Shown in pieces: positions 15,253 to 24,415 of a stretch of 32,268 nt of DNA (within the stretch, counting starts at the first letter, position 1; each line of letters starts with the position of its first letter). The stretch comes from Candidatus Limnocylindrales bacterium. Its GTDB lineage: Bacteria; Chloroflexota; Limnocylindria; Limnocylindrales; CSP1-4. Below the pieces are notes generated by a model, which saw only the letters and a list, made by a program, of their open reading frames with translations, searched no databases and was not told the origin of the DNA. The position numbers were made by a program, and so were the translations under genes. The stretch spans positions 1 through 32,268 of the forward strand of contig DASTVH010000216.1 in assembly GCA_035759195.1 (NCBI GenBank). Direction: 5' to 3'.

Positions 15253-15831
15253 TCAGGCCCGGCGGCCCTTGAGCAGGCTCCAGGCGAGGACCACGACGCC
15301 GATACCGATGAGGACGACCGGCAGAACGTCCGAGCCCACGAGGAACGGCTCCCCGGTGAGACCGATGAGGCCTTCGAAGAAGAGCCCGAAACCCACGAAG
15401 AGCGCGAGCCCGATCCCGAGCATCCGGAGACCGTTCGAGAGGTCCTCGGGCCGGTTGCGGAGCAGCCCGTAGAGCGTCAGCCCGAGGCCGCTGCCGCCCG
15501 GTCCTACGAGCGCCCAGGCGTAGGCCCAGGTCGCCCACAGGTCGGTCGCGTTCTGGACGGCGAGAACGAGGCCGACGGTCGTGACGATGCCGCCGGCGAC
15601 GGCAAGCCCGGAACCCTCACGGCCGCCGGCCGACAGGCCCGCGGCAAAGAGGACGAGCCCCGGGACGATGACGAAGAGCGGCCACCCGAACCGGGCGAGA
15701 TCGAGATCGAGTGCGCGCTCGAGGAGGAAGATCGCTCCGAGACCGATCAGGACGATCCCGATGACGATGCTCGTGCGTCGGGCGTCGCCCGATTCGCCCG
15801 GTGCCGCCGTCTGATCGGGCCCGGAGCTCAC
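15253..15831 (-). CDS. Polytopic membrane protein, LiaF-TM/DUF5668-like
   Basis: The GTG at 15831 lies 4 nt after the stop of the response-regulator gene. There are about six hydrophobic helices, for example SIVIGIVLIGLGAIFLLERAL, WPLFVIVPGLVLFAAGL and LPVVLIGIGVVVLAWSLL. It is the last gene of the kinase operon. Confidence 0.75.
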   Translation of the reverse strand: MSSGPDQTAAPGESGDARRTSIVIGIVLIGLGAIFLLERALDLDLARFGWPLFVIVPGLVLFAAGLSAGGREGSGLAVAGGIVTTVGLVLAVQNATDLWATWAYAWALVGPGGSGLGLTLYGLLRNRPEDLSNGLRMLGIGLALFVGFGLFFEGLIGLTGEPFLVGSDVLPVVLIGIGVVVLAWSLLKGRRA

Positions 15832-15835
15832 GGCG

Positions 15836-16501
15836 TCAGTCCCGGACAGGCTCGGCGAGCTTGTGCTCGACGGCCCAGAGGGCGGCCTGGGTCCGCGAGG
15901 CGAGTCCGAGCTTGCCGAGAATGTTCGAGACGTAGGTCCGGGCGGTCCGCTCGGTGATGAACAGCGCGGAGCCGATCTCCTTGTTGCTCATTCCCTGGCC
16001 GAGCAGCCGCAGGACGTCCTTCTCGCGATCGGTCAGCGGCTCGACCGGCTCGTCCTCGCCGGCCTTGCGGGCCCGCATGCGCTGGGCGAGGAGGCGGGCG
16101 ACCGCCGGGTCGAGGTGGACCTCGCCGGCGAAGGCGGCCCGGACCGCGGTCGCGACCTCCTCGGCCTCCGCGTCCTTGAGGACGTAGCCCGACGCACCGG
16201 CCTCGAGGGCGGCGGTGACCTTCTCCTCCTCGATGAAGCTCGTCATCGTGACGATCTCGGTCTCGGGCCGTTCGGCCTTGATCCGGCCGATCGCCGTCAC
16301 GCCGTCCATGTTCGGCATGAGCAGATCCATCAGGACGACGTCCGGCTGGAGCCGGCGAGCCATCGCGACGCCCTCGCTGCCGTCGGCCGCCTCGCCGACG
16401 ACCTCGATGTCGTCCTGGAGATCGAAGAAGACCCGTAGTCCCATGCGGACGACGGAGTGGTCATCGACGATCAGGACCCGGATCCGGGCGCTGTCGTCCA
16501 C
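15836..16501 (-). CDS. NarL/FixJ (LuxR-type HTH) response regulator
   Basis: AGGAGG lies 4 nt upstream of the GTG at 16501. The REC domain reads IRVLIVDDHSVVRMGL...DVVLMDLLMPNMDG...GASGYVLKD. The HTH reads LTDREKDVLRLLGQGMSNKEIGSALFITERTARTYVSNILGKLG. Confidence 0.9.
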   Translation of the reverse strand: MDDSARIRVLIVDDHSVVRMGLRVFFDLQDDIEVVGEAADGSEGVAMARRLQPDVVLMDLLMPNMDGVTAIGRIKAERPETEIVTMTSFIEEEKVTAALEAGASGYVLKDAEAEEVATAVRAAFAGEVHLDPAVARLLAQRMRARKAGEDEPVEPLTDREKDVLRLLGQGMSNKEIGSALFITERTARTYVSNILGKLGLASRTQAALWAVEHKLAEPVRD

Positions 16502-16604
16502 GTTGCCTCCTGACAGGGTGACCGGCCGGGCCGGCGTGGAACGGTCGCGGGGAGCTATGGTCGAGTCTAGCAAGGTGCGGTCCCTCCAGGGATTCGGTCG
16601 CGAT

Positions 16605-17006
16605 TCAGGCGACTGACGGTCGGGCAGCGGCGACGACCGCATCGATCAGCTCGTGCGGTCGGAAGGTCTTGCGGATGTAGGCATCGGCGCCGTCCAGGGC
16701 GGGAGTCGGCCGGTCGGCAGCGGTCCAGTTGAGGACGACGATGCGCGACGCCGGCGCGACCTCGCGAAGGCGGTCGACGAGGCTCCCGCCGAGGCCGTCC
16801 TCGGGCAGGCGGCAGTCGAGGATGATGACGTCGGGTGCGATCTCCGTGGCGAGCTCGACGGCGCGTTCGGGCTCTCCCGCGCTGCCGACGACGATGCAGC
16901 GACCCCCGATCGGCAGGAGCCGGGCCAGGCTCTCGCGGATTCGGTCGTCCGGATCGACGACCAGGACCCTGAGCGGGGCCGGTGCTGCGTGGCTGGGGTC
17001 GGTCAT
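16605..17006 (-). CDS. Stand-alone receiver (CheY-like) domain protein
   Basis: Translation is LRVLVVDPDDRIRESLARLL...DVIILDCRLPEDG...ADAYIRKTF. The acidic pocket, phospho-acceptor Asp and conserved Lys are in their expected positions, and there is no output domain. Confidence 0.8.
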   Translation of the reverse strand: MTDPSHAAPAPLRVLVVDPDDRIRESLARLLPIGGRCIVVGSAGEPERAVELATEIAPDVIILDCRLPEDGLGGSLVDRLREVAPASRIVVLNWTAADRPTPALDGADAYIRKTFRPHELIDAVVAAARPSVA

Positions 17007-17092
17007 GCCTGGAGTGTCAATCCGCCGACACCGCGCCGACCACCGCCCGTCGGCCGGATTCGTCTATGCCGAAGGGCGGACGGCGGCGTACG

Positions 17093-20000
17093 TCATTCGG
17101 CCGATGACACGGGCGGGATCGCCGGTTGGGCGGTTCGCGCCCGCTCGATCGCGGCGTCCGGCACGGCGACCTCGATGGTCGTCCCGGCACCCGGCTTCGA
17201 GGTCACCGTGAACGTCGCGCCGACCTTCTCGGCGCGGGCCCGCATTCCGGCCAGGCCGAGATGTCCGTCCGGGACCGCGGTCGCGTCGAAGCCCTTGCCA
17301 TCGTCGACGATCCGCAGGCGGAGGCCCGTCCCCTCGAGGCGCTCGATCGCGAGCGTCACCTGGCGCGCCGCGGCGTGTTTCACGATGTTGTGGAGCGCCT
17401 CCTGGCTGATCCGGTAGAGGACCTCCTCGAGGGCGATCGGCAGCCGTTCGGCCAGGTTGCTCGTCACGACGATCGGCAGGCCGATCCGGCCCTGGAGGGC
17501 CGCCGTGTGGGTCTTGAGGGCGGGCAGCAGGCCGTCCTGCTCGATGTTGCCGGGCCGGAGCTCGAAGATGAGCGCTCGCATCTCCGCGAGCGCCTCGCGC
17601 TGCAGGTCGCGGAGCGAGCCGAGCTTCTCCTTGGCGGCCGCCGGGTCGCGGTCGACGAGCAGCTCGGTCGTCCGGGTCACGAGGGTCATGCTGAAGAGCG
17701 CCTGCGTCACCGAGTCGTGCAGCTCGCGAGCGAGATGGGCCCGCTCCTGGCTCGAGGCCAGCTCGGCGGCCTGGCGGCGCAGGTCGCGCTCATAGCCCTC
17801 GCGCTCGCGCATGTCGCGGATCGAGCCGTGGGCCCCGCCGAACTCGCCGTCGCGGAGCATTCCGGTGAGCCAGACCTCGACCGGCACCGGGTCCCCGGTC
17901 CGCCGGCGGAGGTGGACCTGCAGCGGATGGACGCCGGTCGGGTCGCGGCGGACCGCCTCCCAGGCTGCCTGGGACGCCGCCTCGGCCGAAGGGTCGGTCA
18001 GCAGGCTGAAGTGCTTGCCGATGATCTCGTCGGGGGCGAAGCCGGTGAGCGGCTCGAGCCGGTCGCTGATGAACGTGAAGAGGCCCTTCTCGTCGACCGC
18101 CCAGACGACGTCGGGGGAGGCCTTGACGAGATACCGGTAACGCTCCTCGCTGGCCCGCAGCTGGCGCTCGAGGCGCTCCCGCTCGCGGATGTCGCGGGCC
18201 GAGCCGTGGATTCCGGCGAAGGACCCGTCGACGTTCGTCATGCCGATCGCGTTGACCTCGACCGGGACCCGTTCGTCGGCCCGGTTCCGGAGCATGAACC
18301 GGTGGACCTGCATCCGGGCCGGGTGGTCGACGAACCGCTGCCAGGCGTCGCCGGCCTCGGGGAACGAGTCGAGGTCGATGATCGAGGCGAACTGGGTCCC
18401 GAGCAGGTCGGCCGGCCGGGAGCCGGTGAGGTTCTCGACGGTCTCGGAAAGGTACGTGTAGCGGCCCTCGGCGTCGGTCGAGAACACGACGTCCGGCGAG
18501 TTCTCGACGAGGAATCGGTAGCGCTCCTCCGATTCGCGGAGCTCGCGCTCGAGGCGCTCCCGTTCGCTGATCTCGCGCGAGACGCCCTGGACGCCCATGA
18601 ACCGGCCGTCCTGCTCCACGCCGATCATGCTCACCTCGAACGGGAGCGCGGTGCCCGACGCGGTCGTCAGGCGGATCCGGATCGTCCGGGCGACCGCGGG
18701 CTCGGCGTGGAGGTCGTCCCACGTCCGGGCCGCGAGCTCGCTGTCCTCGGGCGCGACGAAGTCGATGAACGGATGGCCGATGCTCTCCTCGGGCGACCGA
18801 CCGGTGACGAGCTCCGACGACTCGCTGATATAGGACAGGCGGCCGAGACGGTCGATCGAGAAGAGGATGTCCGGCGAGTTCTCGACGAGGAAGCGGTAGC
18901 GCTCCTCCGACTCGCGCAGCTCGCGTTCGAGGCGTTCGCGCTCGCTCACGTCGCGAGCCGAGCCGTGGATCCCCGCGAACACACCGTCGACGACGACGCC
19001 CCGGGAGCTGGCCTCGAACGGGATGTGCCGGCCGTCCTTGTGGATCAGCAGGAGGCGGTTCGTCAGCTCGAGGCTGGGATCGGCCCGGATCCGGTTCCAG
19101 GCAACTCCGGCGGTCGTCGGGTCCTCGTAGAAGATGATGTCGCGGAACGGCCGGCCGACGAGGTCGTCCGGCCGGTAGCCGAGGGCCCGGTCGACGCTCT
19201 CCGACACGTAGACGAACGTGCCGCCCGGATCGATCGAGAAGATGATGTCGGGGGCGTTCTCGACGAGGAAGCGGTAGCGCTCCTCCGACTCGCGCAGCTC
19301 GCGCTCGAGGCGATCGCGCTCGCTCATGTCGCGGACGGAGCCGTTCGCGCCGGCGAAGCGGCCCCCGGCGTCGAGGGTGCCGTAGGCGCTGAACTCGGCG
19401 GGAATCGCGTGACCGTCGCGGTGGAGCAGGTTCAGGCGGCCGCGCAGCTCCTGGAACTCCTCGGTCATGCCCTCGGTCCAGTCGAGCTCGGCGACGTCGC
19501 GCGACGACTCGTGGACGAGCGCCCCGAAGTGCTTGCCGAGCAGGTCCTCCGGGCGCCAGCCGGTCAGGCGCTCGCAGGTGTCGGACACGAACGTGAAGCG
19601 GGCGTCCGCGTCGATCGACCAGATCAGGTCCGGAGAGTTCTGGACGAGGTGGCGGTAGCGGGCCTCCGACTCACCGAGGAGCTCGTAGAGATTCGAGTTC
19701 GTCAGGGCGATCGCCGCCTGGTCGGCGAGGCCCTGGAGCAGGTCGAGCTCGTCGGGCAGGATCTCGCGCGGCTCGCGGTAGCTGATCGCGAGCGTCCCGA
19801 TCACCTCGCCGGCCGGGGCCCGGAGCGGCGCCGCGGCCATCGCCCGCAGCCCCAGCCGCTCGGCGACGAGCTCGTCGTCCTGCTCGTGGGGGATCCGCGG
19901 GTCGGTCCGGTAGTCGGCCGTCCAGACCGGCTGGACCTCCTCGGCAGCCAGGCCGTTGATTCCGCCCCCGAGGGGGAACTGCATCTGCTTCAGCCAGGCC

Positions 20001-23000
20001 TCAGTGCCCTCGTCCATCCCGCCCGCGACGATGACCGGGACGAGATACGTGCCGTCCTCGGCCATTCGGGTCAGGTGGGCGCCGTCCGAGCCGAGCAGGC
20101 GGCGCGACTCCTCGACGACCCGGGCGAGGATCTCGCCGGGGTCGCGAAGCGACGTGATCCGGGCCGTGATGTCGCGCAGCGAGCGCTCGGTCTCGGCGCG
20201 GTACGCGAGCGCGGTCTGGGACCGCTCCAGGGCCTCGATCAGGCGGGCATTCGTGATCGCGATCGCCGCCTGGGTGGCGAGCGAGCGGATCCGGGCGGCG
20301 TCCTCGTCGTCGAACGCGTCGGGCCGCACCGAGTACACCTCGAGGGCGCCGAGCGGACCGGATTCGCCGGTGACCGGGGCGATGATCATCGATCGGAAGC
20401 CGGTCACCTCGAAGAACCGGTCGTTGATCGCCGAGTCCGGGAAGTGCCCGGCGAGGTCGTCGCGGGCGATGACGACGCGGTCCTCGGCGACCGCGAGGCC
20501 GGTCGCACCCACGCCGATCGGGATCGTCAGCTGGGCGATCTCCTCGTCGGTGAACCCCTCGCGCACGCCTGAGTCGTAGGCCCAGCGGACCTGGTGACCG
20601 CTCGCGTCGACGAGGTCGAGGATCGAGCCGTCCGCGTCGACGAGGCGCCGCGCGGCGTCCACGACCTGCTGGAGGAGCGGCCCAGGCTCACGGATCGCCG
20701 TGATCCGCGCGGCGATCTCACGGAGCGACTGCTCGGCCTCGGCCCGGCGGGCCAGCTCCGAGCTCGAGCGGTCGAGCTCCTCGATCAGCCGCGCGTTCGT
20801 GATCGCGATCGCCGCCTGGATCGCGATCGCCTCGATGAGCCGGGCGTCGTCACGGCCCCAGGCGTTCGCCCGTTTGGTATAGATCGTCAGGGCTCCGAAC
20901 GGCCGGCCGCCCTCGCCGAGGAGCGGGGCCGACATCACCGACTGGATGCCGACCTCGCGGACGAAGCCGTCAGGCCCGCTCGAGTGGATGAAGCTGTCGT
21001 CGTTGAGGTAGTCGCCGGTGAAGGCCACCCGGCGCTCCATGACGGCCCGGCCCGAGACGCCCTGGTCGAGGGATTCGTCCGGGGCATCGGGCCAGTCCCA
21101 CGTGCCGGTCGGGGTCGTCGTCGCCGAGTGATAGGCCCAGCGCAACAGGCCCGACTCGGCGTCGATCAGGTCGATCCGGGCCTCCTCCGCGTCGAGCAGC
21201 CTGGCGGCCTCGTCGACGGTCCGCTGGAGGACGTCGCGGGCGCCCTTCGTCGCCGAGATCCGAGCCGCGATCTCACGGAGCGCCTGCTCCTCCTCGGCGC
21301 GGCGGCGGAGCTCGGTCCGCGAGCGGTTCAGCTCGGTGATGAGGCGCGCGTTCTGGATCGTGATCGCGGCCTGGTCGGCGAGCGCCTGGAGCAGATCGGC
21401 CTGAGCGTCGTCGTAGGCGTGCGGGCGGGCGCTGCTCACCGAGATCGCCCCGAGTGAGCCGTGTTCGCCGCGCATCGGCGCCGACAGCACCGAGCGGTAG
21501 CCGGTGGTCGCGACGAGGTCGTCGGAGCGGGGCACATGGTGGAACCGATCGTCGGCGAGGTAGTCGTCGGTCAGGAACCACTCGCCGCGCTCGACGGCAA
21601 GGCCGGCGATCCCCTCGCCGATCTTGAACTGGAGGTCGCGCCCCTCGGCTCGCGTCCGGATCGACATCTCCCCCGAGGCATAGGCCCACGAGAGCGTGTC
21701 GCCCTCGAGGAGGTCGATCCGCGCGGCGTCGGAGTCAAGGAGGCGGCGGGCCTCGTCGACGGTCTGCTGGAGCACGGCGTCGGGATCCCGAATCGCCGAG
21801 ATGTTCGCCGCGATCTCGCGCAGCGAACGCTCGGCGTCGGCCCGCCGGCCGATCTCCTCCCGGGACCGGCCGAGCTCGTCGATGAGCCGGGCGTTCTGGA
21901 TCGCCACGACCGCCTGGTCGGCGAACGCCTCGATGAGCGCGGCGTCCTCGTCGTCGTACGCGTCGCGGCGGACCGTCGCGACCTTGAGCACGCCGAGCAG
22001 CCCCTCGCCGCTGATGAGCGGCGTCGCGACCGTCGAGTGGAGGCCGGTCTGGCGGACGAACTCGTCGGATGCCTCGACGTGGATGAAGCGATCGTCGGTC
22101 AGGTAGTCACCGGTGACGATCGCCCGGCGCCCGGCGATCGCCGGCCCGTTGATGCCCCGGTCGCCGGGCAGGCCGGTGGCTGCCTGCGGGCCGGCCGCCC
22201 CGAGGTCGCCCTCGCCGGCGACGTAGGCGCGCCGGATCAGGCCGGTCTCGGGATCGACGAGGTCGAGCTGGGCGCGCTCGGCGTCGAGCAGGCCGCGCGC
22301 CGCCTCGACGACCTGCTGGAGGAGGTCGGCCGGGTCGCGGATCGCGGTGATCCGGGCGGCGATCTCGCGAAGTGCCTGCTCGGCCCGGGCCCGCCGCCGA
22401 ATCTCCTCGCGAGAGCCGGCGAGCGCCTCGATGAGCCGGGCGTTCTGGATCGCGATCGCGGCCTGGTGGGCGAGTGCCTCGACGAGGGCGACCTCCTCGG
22501 GTTCGAAGGCGCCGGCCTCGGGCCAGCCGACCTGGAGGACGCCGAGGAGGCCCTCCTCCCCGGTCATCGGCGTCACGATCAGCGACCGGATGCCGTCCTG
22601 GCGGACCGCCTCGTCGAGGCTCGGGTCGTGCTCGAAGCCGGTGTCGGCCATGTAGTCCGTGCTCACGACGGTCCGCCCGCTCGCGATCGCCTTGCCCGAG
22701 GCGCCGTAGCGGAACGGCCGGCCCTCGTCGTCGACCGCCGCCCCGCCGATGACATCGCCGGCGCCCGGGACGTAGGTGAAGCCGACCCGACCGGCGGCCG
22801 GCACGACGAGGTCGATCCGGGCCCGGGCCGCGCCGAGGAGGCGGGCCGCTTCGTCGACGACGTGCTGGAGCAGGTCGGCCGGGTCGCGGATCGCGGTGAT
22901 CCGGGCGGCGATCTCGCGGAGCGCCCGCTCCGCGTCGGCCTGGCGGCTGGCGGCGGCCCGCGACCGGTCGAGCTCCTCGATGAGTCGGGCGTTCGTCATC

Positions 23001-24166
23001 GCGATCGCCGCCTGACCGGCCAGCGCCTGGATGAGGTTCGCGTCGTCCTCGCCGAACGCCTCGACCTCGGACGTATAGACGGTCAGCGTGCCGAGCGGTC
23101 CCCGATCGCCGATGAGCGGCACCGCGACGACGGAGCGGATCGCGTGCTTGCGGACGTGTTCGTCGGGCGCCTCGGCGTGTTCGAAGCGGTCGTCGTTGAG
23201 GTAGTCGCCGGTGAAGACCGGACGCCCCTCGCGGACCGCCCGGCCTGAGATGCCCTCTCCGGCCTTCGCCTCGCCGCTGCCGGCGATCGGCCCGAGGCCC
23301 GGCTTGCGGCCGGTCGTGGCGTCGAAGGCCCAGTAGAGCCCGCCCGACGCCTCGTCGAGGATGTCGATCCGGGCGCCGTCGGCCCCGAGCAGCCGGGCCG
23401 CCTCGTCGACGGTCCGCTGGAGGACCTCGTCGGAGTCGTGGAGGGCGATGATCCGTCCGCCGATCTCCCGGAGCGCCCGCTCCACGTCGGCCCGACGCTC
23501 GACGTCGGCCCGCGAGCGGTTCAGCTCCTCGATGAGATCGGCGTTGGCCATCGCCGCCGCGGCGTGGTCGGCCAGCGCGCGGACGAGCGCCACCTCGGCG
23601 TCGCCGAAGGCGTCGGGTCGGCTCGTGAACGTGCCCATCGCACCGAACGTCCGGCTCCCGCTGACGAGCGGAGCGACGACGAACGAGTGGATGTCGAGGT
23701 CGCGGACGAGCCGATCGGCGTCCGGGAAGTGGACGAACGAGGGGTCGTTCGGGTAATCGCCGGTCGAGACCACCTCACCGGTCGCCACGGCCCGCCCGAA
23801 CATCCCCACGCCGACGTCGAGCTGGAGCGAGCGGACCCACGCACGGCGGCGGTCGTCGGTGATGCCGGCATCGTGGGCGAAGCGGAGGACGCCCTCGTCG
23901 TCGAGCAGGTAGGCCATCGCCCCGTCGGAGCGAAGGAGGCGGGCGGCCTCGGCGACCGCCCGGCGGAGGATCGCGTTCACGCCGGAGGCGGCCGGCGCGG
24001 CGGCGAGCGTCTCGGTCGCCCCGGGCGCGTCCGTCGCGGACGAGCCGTCGACCAGGGAGCCGTCGTCGGACGGGCGCTTCCGACCGGGGGCGCGCGCTGC
24101 GGGCTTCTGGCCATCGTCCGGCTCGGGGGGAAGCCCGGCCGGACGCGACGGTCGGGTGGTTGCCAC
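17093..24166 (-). CDS. Soluble giant sensor histidine kinase: 8 x GAF, 5 x PAS, HisKA_3, HATPase_c (2357 aa)
   Basis: No TM segment is present. Eight ~185-aa GAF-like modules are each closed by an NARLIEEL.RSR.E..RRA.AE.ALREIAARI.AIRDP..LLQ.VVDEARRLL linker. Five ~125-aa PAS-like modules are each closed by ERERLERELRESEERYRFLVENSPD. The H-box is LARELHDSVTQALFSM (HisKA_3), the N-box is EALHNIVKHA, G1 is DDGKGFD and G2 is GLAGMRARA. The start (GTG 24166) is uncertain because no RBS is seen. Confidence 0.9.
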   Translation of the reverse strand: MATTRPSRPAGLPPEPDDGQKPAARAPGRKRPSDDGSLVDGSSATDAPGATETLAAAPAASGVNAILRRAVAEAARLLRSDGAMAYLLDDEGVLRFAHDAGITDDRRRAWVRSLQLDVGVGMFGRAVATGEVVSTGDYPNDPSFVHFPDADRLVRDLDIHSFVVAPLVSGSRTFGAMGTFTSRPDAFGDAEVALVRALADHAAAAMANADLIEELNRSRADVERRADVERALREIGGRIIALHDSDEVLQRTVDEAARLLGADGARIDILDEASGGLYWAFDATTGRKPGLGPIAGSGEAKAGEGISGRAVREGRPVFTGDYLNDDRFEHAEAPDEHVRKHAIRSVVAVPLIGDRGPLGTLTVYTSEVEAFGEDDANLIQALAGQAAIAMTNARLIEELDRSRAAASRQADAERALREIAARITAIRDPADLLQHVVDEAARLLGAARARIDLVVPAAGRVGFTYVPGAGDVIGGAAVDDEGRPFRYGASGKAIASGRTVVSTDYMADTGFEHDPSLDEAVRQDGIRSLIVTPMTGEEGLLGVLQVGWPEAGAFEPEEVALVEALAHQAAIAIQNARLIEALAGSREEIRRRARAEQALREIAARITAIRDPADLLQQVVEAARGLLDAERAQLDLVDPETGLIRRAYVAGEGDLGAAGPQAATGLPGDRGINGPAIAGRRAIVTGDYLTDDRFIHVEASDEFVRQTGLHSTVATPLISGEGLLGVLKVATVRRDAYDDEDAALIEAFADQAVVAIQNARLIDELGRSREEIGRRADAERSLREIAANISAIRDPDAVLQQTVDEARRLLDSDAARIDLLEGDTLSWAYASGEMSIRTRAEGRDLQFKIGEGIAGLAVERGEWFLTDDYLADDRFHHVPRSDDLVATTGYRSVLSAPMRGEHGSLGAISVSSARPHAYDDAQADLLQALADQAAITIQNARLITELNRSRTELRRRAEEEQALREIAARISATKGARDVLQRTVDEAARLLDAEEARIDLIDAESGLLRWAYHSATTTPTGTWDWPDAPDESLDQGVSGRAVMERRVAFTGDYLNDDSFIHSSGPDGFVREVGIQSVMSAPLLGEGGRPFGALTIYTKRANAWGRDDARLIEAIAIQAAIAITNARLIEELDRSSSELARRAEAEQSLREIAARITAIREPGPLLQQVVDAARRLVDADGSILDLVDASGHQVRWAYDSGVREGFTDEEIAQLTIPIGVGATGLAVAEDRVVIARDDLAGHFPDSAINDRFFEVTGFRSMIIAPVTGESGPLGALEVYSVRPDAFDDEDAARIRSLATQAAIAITNARLIEALERSQTALAYRAETERSLRDITARITSLRDPGEILARVVEESRRLLGSDGAHLTRMAEDGTYLVPVIVAGGMDEGTEAWLKQMQFPLGGGINGLAAEEVQPVWTADYRTDPRIPHEQDDELVAERLGLRAMAAAPLRAPAGEVIGTLAISYREPREILPDELDLLQGLADQAAIALTNSNLYELLGESEARYRHLVQNSPDLIWSIDADARFTFVSDTCERLTGWRPEDLLGKHFGALVHESSRDVAELDWTEGMTEEFQELRGRLNLLHRDGHAIPAEFSAYGTLDAGGRFAGANGSVRDMSERDRLERELRESEERYRFLVENAPDIIFSIDPGGTFVYVSESVDRALGYRPDDLVGRPFRDIIFYEDPTTAGVAWNRIRADPSLELTNRLLLIHKDGRHIPFEASSRGVVVDGVFAGIHGSARDVSERERLERELRESEERYRFLVENSPDILFSIDRLGRLSYISESSELVTGRSPEESIGHPFIDFVAPEDSELAARTWDDLHAEPAVARTIRIRLTTASGTALPFEVSMIGVEQDGRFMGVQGVSREISERERLERELRESEERYRFLVENSPDVVFSTDAEGRYTYLSETVENLTGSRPADLLGTQFASIIDLDSFPEAGDAWQRFVDHPARMQVHRFMLRNRADERVPVEVNAIGMTNVDGSFAGIHGSARDIRERERLERQLRASEERYRYLVKASPDVVWAVDEKGLFTFISDRLEPLTGFAPDEIIGKHFSLLTDPSAEAASQAAWEAVRRDPTGVHPLQVHLRRRTGDPVPVEVWLTGMLRDGEFGGAHGSIRDMREREGYERDLRRQAAELASSQERAHLARELHDSVTQALFSMTLVTRTTELLVDRDPAAAKEKLGSLRDLQREALAEMRALIFELRPGNIEQDGLLPALKTHTAALQGRIGLPIVVTSNLAERLPIALEEVLYRISQEALHNIVKHAAARQVTLAIERLEGTGLRLRIVDDGKGFDATAVPDGHLGLAGMRARAEKVGATFTVTSKPGAGTTIEVAVPDAAIERARTAQPAIPPVSSAE
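17800..19690 (-). repeat. Intragenic tandem array of 5 PAS modules, period ~375-380 nt (approximate bounds)
   Basis: A conserved ~90-nt linker block recurs near 18130, 18480, 18860, 19240 and 19650. There is a 48-nt perfect direct repeat at 18878-18925 and 19256-19303. Confidence 0.8.
19690..23990 (-). repeat. Intragenic tandem array of 8 GAF modules, period ~543-555 nt (approximate bounds)
   Basis: A conserved linker block (GTGATCCGGGCGGCGATCTCGCG-like, plus strand) recurs at about 20154, 20700, 21255, 21798, 22347, 22896 and 23447. There is a 47-nt perfect direct repeat at 22323-22369 and 22872-22918. Confidence 0.8.
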
Positions 24167-24215
24167 GACCGGAGGATAGCCCCCGTCGCGTGAGGGCGGG
24201 ATTGGCGCGCGTCGG

Positions 24216-24229
24216 TGACGTCTACGTCA
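24216..24229. promoter_or_regulatory. Perfect palindrome TGACGT-CT-ACGTCA in the kinase / 4-TM gene divergent intergenic region
   Basis: Read directly from ggTGACGTctACGTCAtc. It lies 50 nt upstream of the annotated kinase start and about 190 nt upstream of the ATG at 24416. Confidence 0.3.
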
Positions 24230-24415
24230 TCCGTCGCATGGGACCACCGACGAACGCGCCGAATCGGCACCGGCCAACGTCGGCCCGCCGAACTCGACCC
24301 GTGCCCACCGTCGCCCCGGGAGCCGCCCCCCGACCATGCCCCCAGACGCCGAGCGGACGCCCGGCGAAGCCCGACACCGCGCTCCCACAGCCGTGCACTT
24401 GAGGTACTCGACCGA

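Noticed and set aside
17800-23990. Regularly spaced repeats that might suggest a CRISPR array or a mobile repeat element.
   Set aside because: The periods (~378 and ~549 nt) are far too long. The repeats are in frame within one ORF and correspond to PAS and GAF linker helices. No cas genes are present.
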